Below, piece by piece: positions 32,034 to 43,672 of a DNA stretch of 64,000 nt. The stretch covers positions 117,408-181,407 of the IMG/VR virus record IMGVR_UViG_3300033463_000013. The stretch is one strand, 5' to 3'. Positions within the stretch are counted from its first letter, which is position 1; every line of letters starts with the position of its first letter. The stretch comes from a virus (Duplodnaviria > Caudoviricetes). The notes under the pieces are model-generated. The model was not told where the DNA came from. It saw only the letters and a list, made by a program, of their open reading frames with translations, and ran no database searches. Both the position numbers and the translations under genes were made by a program.

Positions 32034-32600
32034 TTACTCCTTAATATAACCTAAATCTTTTAATATTGTGTGTGCGCTTTCTTTTAATAATTCTAATCCT
32101 TCATCATTATGTACTACATAATCAAATGCAAAGACATCTAATGAAGTTTCACTTGGATGGTTGCGTTGATTTTCTGTCAATACAGGATTAATCCAGGGAG
32201 TTCCATCTGCATTTTTACGCTCAATACGAACACTCACGCAATTCTTCAAATTCTCTAATGAAATATCTACTTCATTAGGAAAGCGCGCATCTGGGATGAT
32301 TGCAATATCAAAATCGCTCGTTGGCTCAAATGCTTGGATTAAACCAACAACAATACCAGTCCAAAAATTAGGATGACGGGCACGTACAATATCTGTACCA
32401 ACTGTTTGAAGTAGTGTGCGACCGACTTCATCTTTCTTACCATCCCAATCTAGAAAATCGCGGCAAAACCATTTCACTGCATCAGCATAATGAATGACTA
32501 AAGCTTTCTTTCCATGTTTAGCTAATTCTTCCTTCATAAATTGGGCCATCATGTCCTTGCCGCTACCAGATTTACCGGATAAAATAATTGTACCTTTCAT
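32034..32600 (-). CDS. Deoxynucleoside monophosphate kinase
   Basis: SGKSGSGKD, YADAVK, RTLLQTVGT, DARFPNE, HPSE. Confidence 0.85.
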   Translation of the reverse strand: MKGTIILSGKSGSGKDMMAQFMKEELAKHGKKALVIHYADAVKWFCRDFLDWDGKKDEVGRTLLQTVGTDIVRARHPNFWTGIVVGLIQAFEPTSDFDIAIIPDARFPNEVDISLENLKNCVSVRIERKNADGTPWINPVLTENQRNHPSETSLDVFAFDYVVHNDEGLELLKESAHTILKDLGYIKE

Positions 32601-32803
32601 TCTTTCATCATCTCCAATTTCATATTAAAATAGAACTGGAGAAATTCTATTTCTTCTTCAGTACATAAATATGAATAATAGTTAGTTACATTATCTAAAA
32701 AGTCTGATGCCATAACAGGATCTTGCATTTTAGAGGCGAGATACCATGCTTTTTCTGCAACATCTTTTATAGTATTACTAACATTTGCAAATATTTCAGT
32801 CAT
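32597..32803 (-). CDS. Hypothetical protein
   Basis: 68-aa ORF with overlapping start/stop. Confidence 0.6.
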   Translation of the reverse strand: MTEIFANVSNTIKDVAEKAWYLASKMQDPVMASDFLDNVTNYYSYLCTEEEIEFLQFYFNMKLEMMKE

Positions 32804-33122
32804 TTTGTTTCTCCTTTTGAAGTTGATTCAGTACATCAAAAAATGCTTGAACATCTTCTTTAGTATCTAAAATGATTTTTCTAATTTTTTTTGGTGGGAG
32901 ACAATCTTCACCTTGAGGGAGGGTAAATACATAATAATGTTCTATTTCATTTTCATCATAAGGAATAATGCGCGTAGTAAAATGTACTCCCTCTTTATTT
33001 TTAATTTTTACTACTGTTCCATAATCTTCATGATAAGTTTCTATATCTGATGTATTTGGATTAATTTGTCCTATTACTCCCGCATATTCATCACGGGATA
33101 CTTCATAAATATCCATATCCAT
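32796..33122 (-). CDS. Hypothetical protein
   Basis: 108-aa ORF in operon. Confidence 0.6.
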   Translation of the reverse strand: MDMDIYEVSRDEYAGVIGQINPNTSDIETYHEDYGTVVKIKNKEGVHFTTRIIPYDENEIEHYYVFTLPQGEDCLPPKKIRKIILDTKEDVQAFFDVLNQLQKEKQND

Positions 33123-33640
33123 TATAGATTTTCTTCTCCTTTAAAGTTATCTTTAAGTTTTTGTGATTCTATTTGTGCCAAACGGTCGCATTCGTTATTC
33201 CAATAGTTAGAACCATGTCCTTTAACTTTAGAAAAATGATACCAAAAATCATCAAAAAATGGAATTATTTGAATCCACAGGTCTTGATTAGCAACATCTT
33301 GGCCTTTTGCATTTACCCAACCATTACGTTGCCAATTTTCATACCATTCATCATTATAACAATTAATGGCATAGGCTGAATCACTATAAATTATGACGCT
33401 TTCATTAGGGTGCCGGTTTTTCTGCGCGAATTCTAAGGCATTGCGTATCGCCAATAATTCCATACGCTGGTTTGTGGTCCCATATTCGCTTCCGGCCACC
33501 TCATAAATTCGTTCTCCCCCACGAAGAGCAATGAAGCTCCAGCCGCCGAATGTTGCGTTGGTTCCTAATTTTTTACATGAACCATCTGTATAAATTTCAA
33601 GCTGTGCAATTTGCGCTTTGCTTCTTTTCTCTTGTATCAT
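33122..33640 (-). CDS. rnhA: Ribonuclease HI
   Basis: YTDGS, TNQRMEL, SDSAY, NQDLW, KVKGH, NNECDRLA. Confidence 0.93.
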   Translation of the reverse strand: MIQEKRSKAQIAQLEIYTDGSCKKLGTNATFGGWSFIALRGGERIYEVAGSEYGTTNQRMELLAIRNALEFAQKNRHPNESVIIYSDSAYAINCYNDEWYENWQRNGWVNAKGQDVANQDLWIQIIPFFDDFWYHFSKVKGHGSNYWNNECDRLAQIESQKLKDNFKGEENL

Positions 33641-33690
33641 GAATTATCCTCCTTTACTTAAATTAATTATAATATAATTTAAGAAAAAAG

Positions 33691-34221
33691 TCAACTATTT
33701 GATTCAGGGAGGGTCTTTCTTTCTTCCAAGGCTTTGATGTCCTTATAATATTTTTCACCTTGCCCGTTACCGCCAAGCTAATCATGATAGATATGATATA
33801 TATGATCAATTTCCATCATTTCTGTATCAGTTACGTATCCGCGCTCGGTTAATACTTTATTCCAACGATATAAAGTATCAAATAATTCCATCTGTGTTCC
33901 ATTACCAATAATTTCTAATCGGCCATTTATATGATTTATTTCTTTTTCTAAACCACAAACTTTAGCATTCATACCTTCAACGGTATCACTTAAATCATGA
34001 ACTTTTTCCTTAATGTTACCCATTGAAGTTTCAAGGTTATTAACTTTACTATTCATATTATCTACTGTAGAGGCTAAAGTTTTAATTCCTTTATTAATTT
34101 CATTAATGCGTAAGCAATTATCTTTTGATCCGCTTAGAAATTCATCCATCTTAATTTCGCGCTCAATACGTTTACGGTGGCGTTCTCCGAGTTTATTAAG
34201 GTAGTCAATAAATTTAGACAT
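33691..34221 (-). CDS. Coiled-coil protein with C-terminal YH..LGGNG motif (one in-frame TAG)
   Basis: Read-through of TAG at 33778 gives YHIYHD(Q)LGGNGQGEKYY...SNS then TGA. Confidence 0.7.
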
Positions 34222-34278
34222 TATATTTCACCTCCTTTGGAAGAAATATATAAACAGTTCTTTACGGATTATAATCAA

Positions 34279-37176
34279 TTACATTTCAACATTTCCTAGC
34301 GTTTTATTAATACTATTCATAATATCCATTAATCCAGCTAAAAATAAAATTTTTAATTGGACACCTTGAGATACACGAATACCAGTAGTTAACCATGCAT
34401 TTCTATCAGCTGATTGAATATGCTCTTTATATGGTCTATTAGGAACTAACTCTTCTGAAGCTGGGTTGATGATAGTAATACCTGCACCAATTTTTTGTGG
34501 AATTTTCTATATATTAGTAATAACATCTTGCTATATAGAATCTAATGTACGCTTAAGTACGGTAGAACCAGTTACATATATACCATTTACATTATATAAA
34601 TGTAAAATTTTTCTACTATTGTGTTTTCCAGTCTAAATAATTTTATCTGATAAATTATCAATGATTTTTGCTTCTACACCACCCTCATCAAATAGTGCGA
34701 AAGCCATTAGTGATCCTAAATATTGTTCTATACTATCTTTGTTCTTTTCTCCAACCATAGATTCTGGGAAACAGTTAATAATAGCTGATTTTAACCAAAT
34801 CATATCACTTGCAGGAATTTCTAATCCCGCAGATGAAAAAATATCAGAAATATTAGATAATTGCTAATCTAAGTGACCACCAATATTACCACCAACAAAA
34901 CCTAATTGATTGACATAATCATTATGAGATTTTACAGTAGTGGATACATAGAATGATGATTGTAGTACATTAAGAAATTCAGTACGATATTTTTCAATCT
35001 CTTTTTTACCGCTTGCATCATCGGTATTTTCTTTTAAATAATTTATATATTTATTAACGGCTTCTTCTAATTTATTATAAGCTATTTTTATATTTTCATC
35101 TAAGTCTTTTCCATCTTTATCTAAATTTATTCTATTTAATATATCGGTATCTAGCACAGTATCCATTTTTGAATATCGTTGACTATCTTTATGTAATGAA
35201 TCGGCCTATTTATCTATTACTTTTTGATATTCATGTAATAGATTTATTTGAGCTTCTTGAATTTTTGCTTCCATTTCATTTATTACTGTATCATCCACAA
35301 GAGCATATACAAGTGCTTTATTTCGAACTTTACTTTTATCAATCAATATATGGACACTATCATTTTTTCCACGCGTTTGGTTCCACGTAATTGCTCCACG
35401 ATTAGATTGACGAAACTATAATGTTGTCATTAATTCTGCAAGCGCGGGTCCATCTATAGATATATTTAATGAACGTAATTCCTATCTTACTTCAGAAATT
35501 AATCTATCTTCAGATATACCAAAATCGCTTGATTTTAATGCAGTAATAATATTTTGACGTAAAATTTTTGATGCTCGCGATTTTAAAGTCTATAAAGTAG
35601 AGGTTAATGTCTATGCATTAAAAGATTTTAATGCAAAAGAATCATAACGATTATCCTATTTTAATGCTACAATTAGAGAGTCCTAGTCTATTTGTACTTT
35701 ACCATTAACAACCATAATTTTAATAGTCGCTTTTGCATTTTTTGAAAGCTTGATTTCTTTCTAAAAATCTATTTCTGTTTTATGTAATTTTTTTAATTTA
35801 GCATCATATTGTTCTTGAAATTGATTCACTTTTTTTCTAATTTTTTCTATTTCATGTACTAATGAAACAATATTATCTGTACGTTCTAAAATTGTTTCAT
35901 CAGTAGGAGCATTTGATTTAGCCATGGCTTGAATTAAATATGATTCAGATTTTTTAGGATTTTTCTATATTGTACTTTTTTCTTCTTCTATTAATTTAGA
36001 TACATAAGAAAATAATTCTATAGCTGATTTTTTTTCTAATTCTGCAATAGAAGTAATATCATTCATTAATTCTGGTGTTTTTACATTGCGTCCAAATGTA
36101 GTATCTAAATTAGTAATATTTAATTCAGTTGTCATATCCAATACACCGTTATCATCTATATTACGCATAATATTTTTTTCTATTTGCTTAACTAATTCTT
36201 CAGAAATTGCTTGATTCATAGTCAATTTTAAATCATGTATACCATAATCAATAATGACCTAAATTATTGATTCTTGTACTTCATCATTTAATAATTTAAA
36301 ATTTCCATTAACTGGATACTATTCTTCTATTTTTTTTGCTAATTTATTTATAAAATTACTATCAGACGAAACTTTGGCAATCATCTATTCGATCCAAGCC
36401 GCGAAGTGTTTAGAAATAGTTTGATTAGCTATACTTTGAATAGATTTTCCTCCGTAAAGAATTGCCCTTCCTGTCTTTTTATCTATACGACTTAACTATT
36501 TTTTTTCTGTATATTCGACTAAAAATTTTCTTTGCAGCCTATCTTGAGCATTTTGTCTCATTATTTCCTATAATTCATTAGATTTACCTTTACTATACCC
36601 AACACCCGCTGCCTAATTTCCTCTACCCTTAATAATATGTTCTACTTGTTTCTAGACAGCTTCAACACGTTTCATTTCTGTATTAAGAATAGTCTTCATA
36701 TTATCTTGTCCTTGTAGAATTAAATTACAAAGACTATTAATTTTATCTTTAGGTACAATTCCACTTTCTGAACTAGTATTAATTGTATCTTCTAAATCTT
36801 TAATTTCTTTAATTTTTTCACGCTCTTCTTTAGTAAAATTCTTACGTAAATCTTTTATCATAAGATCAAAATACTATTTTTCATTTGCATATTCATATGC
36901 TATAGCTTTCTATAAGAAAGCTACTATTTGTGACATTTTATTTAAAAAATAACTGTCGTGTTCATCTTGTGTCATACCAGGAAGTACTGAATGACTTACC
37001 GCATCCATAGCCGCAGTTGCAGCACGCTCACCAGCCAAGTCTACATTCCATGCGCTTTTTGTGTTTTTAGATTTAGAATCGGCCCAAGCATATTTAGTTA
37101 GACTTTTAAAATAAACATAATCTGGTGACCATCCTTCGTAGAAAGCCAAGTTACCAGCCTAAGCAAAGGTTGCCAT
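34279..37176 (-). CDS. 965-aa hypothetical protein with 23 in-frame TAG codons
   Basis: Manual reading: GGAGGTG RBS, ATG 37176, no in-frame TAA/TGA until 34279; joins ORF-track fragments 36910-37149, 36652-36861, 35965-36225, 34864-35166. Confidence 0.85.
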
Positions 37177-37244
37177 TCTTTCACCTCCAATTAAAATAAG
37201 CCATTCAAACAGAATGGCTTTTCTCTTAAAGATATGTACTTTTA

Positions 37245-38120
37245 TTAAAACTGAATCACTTCAATTTTTTCAACATCATGCTGATGAATTTCGTTATTGT
37301 CTAAATCATTATCTATAAATCCTTGTGCTTGCATAGTTAAAACATTGAGAACATAGGCTCGGCCAGTAAATACGGCGCCAGTATCCATATCTAATTTCCA
37401 ACCTGTTGTATTAGGGATAAAATCATTTTCACGTTTATACATAACAGGAGTAATATCGCAATCTTCTGGCCACTCAAACTTGTCAAGATAATCGCTAAGA
37501 TATGGAGTAGGAGTATGACCAAAAACACATATTCTATCTGGCGCCCAACCCACATCAATCGTGGTGCGACTCCAAATTAGATGGTCAATATCCCAGCTAG
37601 GAATTTCTTTTCCTTCATATTCAAGATTTGCTATCTCTTTAAAAGCCTTATAAGTACTACCAGCATGACAAAAGTCTACTTTATTATAAGTAAAAGTAAG
37701 TGGAAGATGTTCTACACGTTCTACTATATCCATTGGCATACCATCAAGAATCCAATCAGTTAATGTAACAAGACCACCATTATAAAGTGAATCTTGAATT
37801 GCCGCATATTTATAATCAAAATGCTTACAAGCATTAAGAACCTTATGAATCTTTTCTTTATCTGCGTCTTCGAAATTAAATTTTTCTTTAATTTCACGCG
37901 CTGCTTTGGAAAACATATCTTCATGATTACCTTTAAGATATACAACTTTAGGATTCTCAAGCAGTTCTTTCATAATTGCATATCCATCTTTACCGCGATC
38001 AATAGCATCGCCGCCAAAGATAATCATTGCTTCATCATCTTGTTTATGACAATAATTCATGATAGCATCAAAGAGTGGACGTGCACCATGAATATCGGTA
38101 AAATAAAAAACATCATGCAT
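37245..38120 (-). CDS. PPP-family metallophosphoesterase (Ser/Thr phosphatase-like)
   Basis: TDIHG, GDAIDRG, GNHE, HAG, GHTP, MDTG. Confidence 0.88.
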   Translation of the reverse strand: MHDVFYFTDIHGARPLFDAIMNYCHKQDDEAMIIFGGDAIDRGKDGYAIMKELLENPKVVYLKGNHEDMFSKAAREIKEKFNFEDADKEKIHKVLNACKHFDYKYAAIQDSLYNGGLVTLTDWILDGMPMDIVERVEHLPLTFTYNKVDFCHAGSTYKAFKEIANLEYEGKEIPSWDIDHLIWSRTTIDVGWAPDRICVFGHTPTPYLSDYLDKFEWPEDCDITPVMYKRENDFIPNTTGWKLDMDTGAVFTGRAYVLNVLTMQAQGFIDNDLDNNEIHQHDVEKIEVIQF

Positions 38121-38313
38121 AATCTTTCACTTCCTTTCATATTAAAATTATACTAAAAATTCTATAAAAAGTCAAATAAAAAATGAGGCTTAATGATTAG
38201 CCTCATATCTACGAATCTGACGATTCAACTTGTTAATAATACCTTTATTTTCTTCGGCTCCACGAGCAGTTAGAAGATTGCGCCGATACAACCATCTTAG
38301 ATACTTAGCATAT

Positions 38314-38727
38314 TCACTCATTATATATAATCCTCCTATATACTTTCTCAATCTCATCAAAGTTATCAAACATACCGCATTCGTGCTTTTCAGACAAATT
38401 ATAATAACATACAGTTAGATAAAAATCACTCATTTTAAAGGCATAAACCTGTTCAAGCGGAAGAAGCGTCCAATCGGGCTTTAGTGCTACAATTTTATCC
38501 CAAACGCTATTCATGGTTTTATATCCACGTCGAGTCATTTCTTGTCTAATATAATAAGCATATGAAATAAAATGATCGTAATCATAATCTAAAACAAAAT
38601 TTACAAGCACATGGTTTGGCGTTCCATTTTTTTGAATTGCGCCAGCAATACTACTAAGTTCTCGCCACTGTGCCACTAGATGTTCACGGGGAAGAACTTC
38701 TATTAATGATGTGTGCCATAATCTCAT
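38314..38727 (-). CDS. Pyrimidine-dimer glycosylase / endonuclease V-like protein
   Basis: MRLWH..LI..LPREHLVAQWRE...EMTRRGY. Confidence 0.7.
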   Translation of the reverse strand: MRLWHTSLIEVLPREHLVAQWRELSSIAGAIQKNGTPNHVLVNFVLDYDYDHFISYAYYIRQEMTRRGYKTMNSVWDKIVALKPDWTLLPLEQVYAFKMSDFYLTVCYYNLSEKHECGMFDNFDEIEKVYRRIIYNE

Positions 38728-38942
38728 TTCATTTTTACCTCTTTCCAGTCTGTAGTTTTATCACTATGCGCCCAAGTAAGAACGCCTTGACGAGCAGGGT
38801 CCCATCTATTTCTTGCATTTTCAAATCCACAATTATATACGTGTTCAAGAATCTCATGAAGTTCTTCTTGACTTAAATCATATCTCTCCCCATTATTGGG
38901 GAGAGGAAAATCATATAATACTTGTATCATATTATCCTCCAT
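38724..38942 (-). CDS. Hypothetical protein
   Basis: 72-aa ORF in operon. Confidence 0.5.
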   Translation of the reverse strand: MEDNMIQVLYDFPLPNNGERYDLSQEELHEILEHVYNCGFENARNRWDPARQGVLTWAHSDKTTDWKEVKMK

Positions 38943-40146
38943 GATACTTGAGCAAGAAGCTATTGCTTACTGCCTTAAAAGACTTTTGACCATCGACAGT
39001 ACGGAATACAATACCTTCGCGCGGAAGACCATCTACTTGAGAATTACCTTCTGCCCAGAGAAGCATATCTTCTACAGTAGCAAATTTATCAGTAAATATA
39101 ATATTTTTTTCAACTACAGGAACACATGGAATATTATATTCATTAAGAGTTTGAATCATATCCATCGTGCCTACTCGACCGCAAGAGGAAAAGATAAGAT
39201 TGAAGGCTTTAAAGTCATGTCCCTTAATGGAATAATCACGTTTCTGCACCCCATCACCATAGGTTTCACCCTGGATGGTAATCCATTCTTCGTTAGGCAT
39301 TTTCTTAAGAAGATCGGTCAATACATTATAAATATCATACTTCTTAGCCATTTCCCAATACACGTTCGTATCATAATAGCAAGGCTTATTTTCCTCACCA
39401 AAACATACATTACGAGAACATACATAGAAGGAATTACGACCGAATTTACCGCGTTTCATAGTAAAGGTGGTAGAAGTGCCGTCAATCTTCTCGGTAGCAA
39501 TCCATACACCATCATCATTAATGATCCACGGCATATTTTGCACACGTTCTTCATCAGTTTTAGAAACCCAAGAAGGCCAGCCATTTTTCTTATCCTTCTT
39601 CTTACCAAAGAAGAAGAAAAGAATTTTACGACCAAACTTATAGTGCATCATCCAACGAATGAAGGGCTTTTTAAATAGCTTCTGATGATGACTTGCCATC
39701 TTCTTATACTTATCTACAGAAGGAGCCTTACGAGAATTATCCTCATCATCGGCGTAAGTTACGCCAAGCTTCTTGGTAAGAAAACGAGATTCATCCACTG
39801 GAGTATGAATCATTTCACCATCATCAATTTCACCTTGAAGAGTTACGTGCCAGCCAAAATCAGAAGGATGCATAAGTAAACCTTGTGAAAGAGTCTTACA
39901 CATTTTCAGAGTTTTTACTTTATAGTGCCGTTTCTCAAGAAAAGCAAAACACTCACGATCAGAAGGAACACGGCTATCAATCTCAAAATAAATAGCAGGA
40001 TCACCAACTTTAAACTGATCCTTCTGAACAATTACACGCCAGCCGCCAACAAGAGCGTGTTCTACACGGTCATAGCCCGGAATAGGCTCAATACCGTCAA
40101 TTAATACAACATAAGCGAGTTCGCGCTCAGAATTAGCGTTCAACAT
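38932..40146 (-). CDS. ATP-dependent RNA ligase (Rnl2/DRB0094-like, N-terminal OB domain)
   Basis: IEPIPGYDRVE...YFEIDS; KTDEER; TEKIDGTS; QGETYG; FN; REGIV; SFKAVSNSFLLK. Confidence 0.88.
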   Translation of the reverse strand: MLNANSERELAYVVLIDGIEPIPGYDRVEHALVGGWRVIVQKDQFKVGDPAIYFEIDSRVPSDRECFAFLEKRHYKVKTLKMCKTLSQGLLMHPSDFGWHVTLQGEIDDGEMIHTPVDESRFLTKKLGVTYADDEDNSRKAPSVDKYKKMASHHQKLFKKPFIRWMMHYKFGRKILFFFFGKKKDKKNGWPSWVSKTDEERVQNMPWIINDDGVWIATEKIDGTSTTFTMKRGKFGRNSFYVCSRNVCFGEENKPCYYDTNVYWEMAKKYDIYNVLTDLLKKMPNEEWITIQGETYGDGVQKRDYSIKGHDFKAFNLIFSSCGRVGTMDMIQTLNEYNIPCVPVVEKNIIFTDKFATVEDMLLWAEGNSQVDGLPREGIVFRTVDGQKSFKAVSNSFLLKYHGG

Positions 40147-40209
40147 ACTAATTCACTCCTTTCTCTTTACACTAATATTATATCAGAATTTTTACTAAAT
40201 GTCAAAAAA

Positions 40210-40449
40210 TTATTTTTCCCAAGTTACAATACGCCATGTATCAAGATAATACCCTATGTCATCAACTTTAACATACATATAATTATCACTATAGCGATAA
40301 AAGCTAGTACAAATGCCTTGAATAAGCGAACCGTCTGGCATAATAATCATAGCATAACGTTCAGTTTTAACAGCTAAATCAGTGTCATTACAACTGGTTA
40401 ATATAAATAAAACGCCAACTAAAATAATACATAAAATTATTTTTTTCAT
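40210..40449 (-). CDS. Small lipoprotein-like protein
   Basis: MKK + hydrophobic stretch + LTSC lipobox. Confidence 0.6.
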   Translation of the reverse strand: MKKIILCIILVGVLFILTSCNDTDLAVKTERYAMIIMPDGSLIQGICTSFYRYSDNYMYVKVDDIGYYLDTWRIVTWEK

Positions 40450-41607
40450 TTATCTAACTCCCTGTGTTCAAAGACCCATTCGCCCTCATCATTTAACCAT
40501 ACCATAAATACTACTTTCTGTCCATTTTTCCATCCATGAACATATCTTCGCGTGCTGTATGGCGTCATGCAAATTTCTTCAATTCTATCTATTGCATTAG
40601 CATCAAATAAAGTGTCACATACTTTATCATTAATCCACTCTTTATATTCATTACTCATTACCACAAATCCTCACTAAATAGTTCTGCACATCTAGTGTTT
40701 TCTTTTAACTGATTAAATTCCTGTGCGTGTTTCTTTGCGGCAATACGATTATAAAAATTATCGTGTTCGTCAAGGAACCCTTGTTCTAATTCTTTATAAT
40801 CAATATTCTTTTTATACCTAAATTCTTTTAGAATATAAAATGCATCACAATGACGCATACAAGGAATAATCCATTCTTTATTTTGTCGTATATCAAATAT
40901 CTTTACTGCTGCTTTAACAATCATTCACTATCATCCTTTACTTCATTGTACTTACCCTCCCAGAAGAAAAATTCTGTATGAGAACCAACATCCAGTTTAG
41001 TCATACCATCTTCTTCCCATACACGGGTGTAGTAACTTACAAAAGGAACTACTTTAGAAGGATCATAATCCTCACCGTATCTTTCTTTTGCAATCTTATG
41101 TTTATTAGTATTACAATTCGCAATAAATTCCTCTATTGCCGCATTAACATCCTTCCAAGTATCACAAACTTCTTTAATCACTCTACGATCGCCATTACTA
41201 TTTTCAAACCACAGTTTCATCTTTCTTTTCTTCCTTTTCTTCTTTTATTACTCCATCATAATTTGGATTAAAAGGTACCCATAATGTAAATTTACATTGT
41301 GGACATGAAATATTTTGAGTTTTAGATACATCATTTGGCTCATATCCAATGAGGCATCCACAGTTATTACATCGCGCGATCATTCCATAGTATCGCGTAT
41401 TTAGAATTTTCATTTATATCACTTCTCACATAACTTGGGGGTAGTACGGCATTGTGCAGTACATTCTTTACACCAAAAAGATTCACCGCAATGATGCTTA
41501 CAACATGATTCTCCATGAGGGGCATCATACATACAAGTTTCACACCTTTCACGATCTCTGCGTACTTGTTCCCATTTATCATATCTTCTATCAAATGTTA
41601 ATCTCAT
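40446..41607 (-). other. Run of small phage hypothetical ORFs (40446-40664, 40658-40924, 40921-41220, 41204-41413, 41419-41607)
   Basis: Abutting or overlapping minus-strand ORFs of 62-99 aa, two Cys-rich. Confidence 0.55.
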
Positions 41608-41608
41608 A

Positions 41609-42340
41609 TTAATATTCCTTACAGTACCATACTACTGTTACCTTATTTCCATTAATTTCTTTATGTTCTTTAACTTTCATTTTCAAAGAAACAACTTTAT
41701 CACAGGGATAATCTTTGGCGCCCGTTTCCCATACGTATGTATTATCCTCGGCATCAACCAAAGTATACGTATGTTTCGTACCAAAGTGGCTTTCTTTACT
41801 TTTTTTCTCTGTAATCTTAACTGTTTTTTGTAGCCATTCATCTACTTCACCTTGATATGTACTATTTGTTTTGCTACCGATTAATGAAGCTACGATTTCA
41901 ACAACTACATTATGCGGCTTCATTCTATCATTATAATCCATTACAGTTTCCCAAGACAATCGAATAGGAACTACATCGCTTGGAAGAGTGCATAGGCTGA
42001 TATAAGAAGGAGTATAATATCCAAAGGTAAGATTTCTCCTAAAACATTCATGGTGCTCTTCGACGCATTGTTCTAGACTTTCTTGATTTCCCTTATAAAT
42101 TGTAATAAAGCCCAAATCGCCAAAACCAAATACATGACGAGCATTAAAATCCATAATATCATGTTTATCATTATTTATTATTTCATTTGGATATAAACGA
42201 TGATATTCAGCTTCAGAATACCAACGTACTTTCTTTAATCCTTTAGGTGAAATGACGTTAATATACATACGTTTATTTTCCATAAAAGGCTCACCACTAA
42301 TTTCCATATTAGCATAAGTTTTTGCAACCGCCATTTTCAC
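41609..42340 (-). CDS. Hypothetical protein with C-terminal OB-fold-like region
   Basis: 243-aa ORF after consensus promoter 42368-42396. Confidence 0.6.
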   Translation of the reverse strand: MKMAVAKTYANMEISGEPFMENKRMYINVISPKGLKKVRWYSEAEYHRLYPNEIINNDKHDIMDFNARHVFGFGDLGFITIYKGNQESLEQCVEEHHECFRRNLTFGYYTPSYISLCTLPSDVVPIRLSWETVMDYNDRMKPHNVVVEIVASLIGSKTNSTYQGEVDEWLQKTVKITEKKSKESHFGTKHTYTLVDAEDNTYVWETGAKDYPCDKVVSLKMKVKEHKEINGNKVTVVWYCKEY

Positions 42341-42400
42341 TCTTACTCCTTTCTTTTCTTCATATATATTATAACAAAAAATTTAAAAAAAATCAACCAT

Positions 42401-42655
42401 TTAACTATTGTCAAATGGTTGAAAAATATAAAATTTTTCTAACTGGCCCTGAGTAATTATGTCTTGATATTTATCTATAAAATCAAATGCAGTATAAGCA
42501 TAAATGACTGTAGAATCTTTATATCCAAATATACATTTAACTTGTTCAATTACTGGATCAGCCGCCTTAATTCGCTGTTGAAATTGTGATTTCAAAATCG
42601 GAAGATTTTTTATTTCTATCAATTGTCTATTAAAACTCACGAATTTGCCCTCCAA
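42401..42655 (-). CDS. Hypothetical protein
   Basis: 84-aa ORF. Confidence 0.45.
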   Translation of the reverse strand: MEGKFVSFNRQLIEIKNLPILKSQFQQRIKAADPVIEQVKCIFGYKDSTVIYAYTAFDFIDKYQDIITQGQLEKFYIFQPFDNS

Positions 42656-43242
42656 ATTTCTTGAAGATAACCAGACTTAATTAAAGATTCTGGAGTAGAG
42701 GTACAAAGTGAAGTTGGACACCCGCTCAGCATATGATTTTCAGCAAACTCTAAATCACTAAAGATAATATCAAGCATTGCTTTATTCTTTTCATTCATCG
42801 CTTTATTACCTTTATTACGATCATCTAGCCACCAGGCATGTTCTCTACTATAATTAAAATTATCTCCCATGTAGGCACGTCCAGCAGCAAGGAAATCACA
42901 AACCATTTCTACAAAATCATCCCGTGGCATAGGATAAATAACCATACCCTCACTAAAATTATCCGCCCAGTATGCCCAATGATGAGGATTACGGCCGCGA
43001 TGATGTAGCCATGCCTTTGAATATCCTTGAACTTTTTTAGCTTCATTTATAGGAGAAGATGTACCAGTCCAATAATGCGCGGATTCCCAAAATTCAATTG
43101 GAGAATATTTGGATAAATCATGCTTCCATCCACGTCTACGAATTCCAGCAAGACGACAATAATGTTTTACCCATTTTCTATGAGTACGAATAGTTTTCCA
43201 ATGACCAAAAACTTTTTGAAACGTTAGTTTGGGCTTACTCAT
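42637..43242 (-). CDS. HD-like DUF5662 family protein
   Basis: H...HDLSKYSP.E...AWLHH..RNPHHW...EMVCD. Confidence 0.75.
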   Translation of the reverse strand: MSKPKLTFQKVFGHWKTIRTHRKWVKHYCRLAGIRRRGWKHDLSKYSPIEFWESAHYWTGTSSPINEAKKVQGYSKAWLHHRGRNPHHWAYWADNFSEGMVIYPMPRDDFVEMVCDFLAAGRAYMGDNFNYSREHAWWLDDRNKGNKAMNEKNKAMLDIIFSDLEFAENHMLSGCPTSLCTSTPESLIKSGYLQEIWRANS

Positions 43243-43243
43243 T

Positions 43244-43672
43244 TTAGTCTCCTCTTACTACATAATCAAAAGGCTGTTTTTCAATCCATGCACGTGAATA
43301 CTTGCTGATAGGATAATATCCGTATTCTCCATCAGATACACAAGCATTTTCAAGATGTTTATCAAATTCATCACTTTCAATAAATTTGATATAATCTTCT
43401 TTAGTCATAAAATATTTAGGATAATCTTTTATCCAATCTTCAAGTTTAAACGCATCAAAGAAAATATCATTAATATTCACTTTAATTGATTCCGCATCAT
43501 CCCACGCATATGTGGACGAATGCATTTGTTTAATTGCATCTTTTGTCCAAATTGGAAGATATAGTCCTTCTTCATTTAATATAGCAGTACCTTTTTCTAA
43601 CTCTCCAATATTCCAATTACTGCCATTTTTTTTGTAAAGTACACGCATACCCGCATGAATATTAAGTTCCAT
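43244..43672 (-). CDS. Hypothetical protein
   Basis: 142-aa ORF. Confidence 0.6.
   Translation of the reverse strand: MELNIHAGMRVLYKKNGSNWNIGELEKGTAILNEEGLYLPIWTKDAIKQMHSSTYAWDDAESIKVNINDIFFDAFKLEDWIKDYPKYFMTKEDYIKFIESDEFDKHLENACVSDGEYGYYPISKYSRAWIEKQPFDYVVRGD

Noticed and set aside
27575-37176. Pseudogene interpretation of fragmented dam, phoH and 34-37 kb ORFs
   Set aside because: Every interruption is TAG and in frame, with no frameshifts or TAA/TGA; recoding explains this better.
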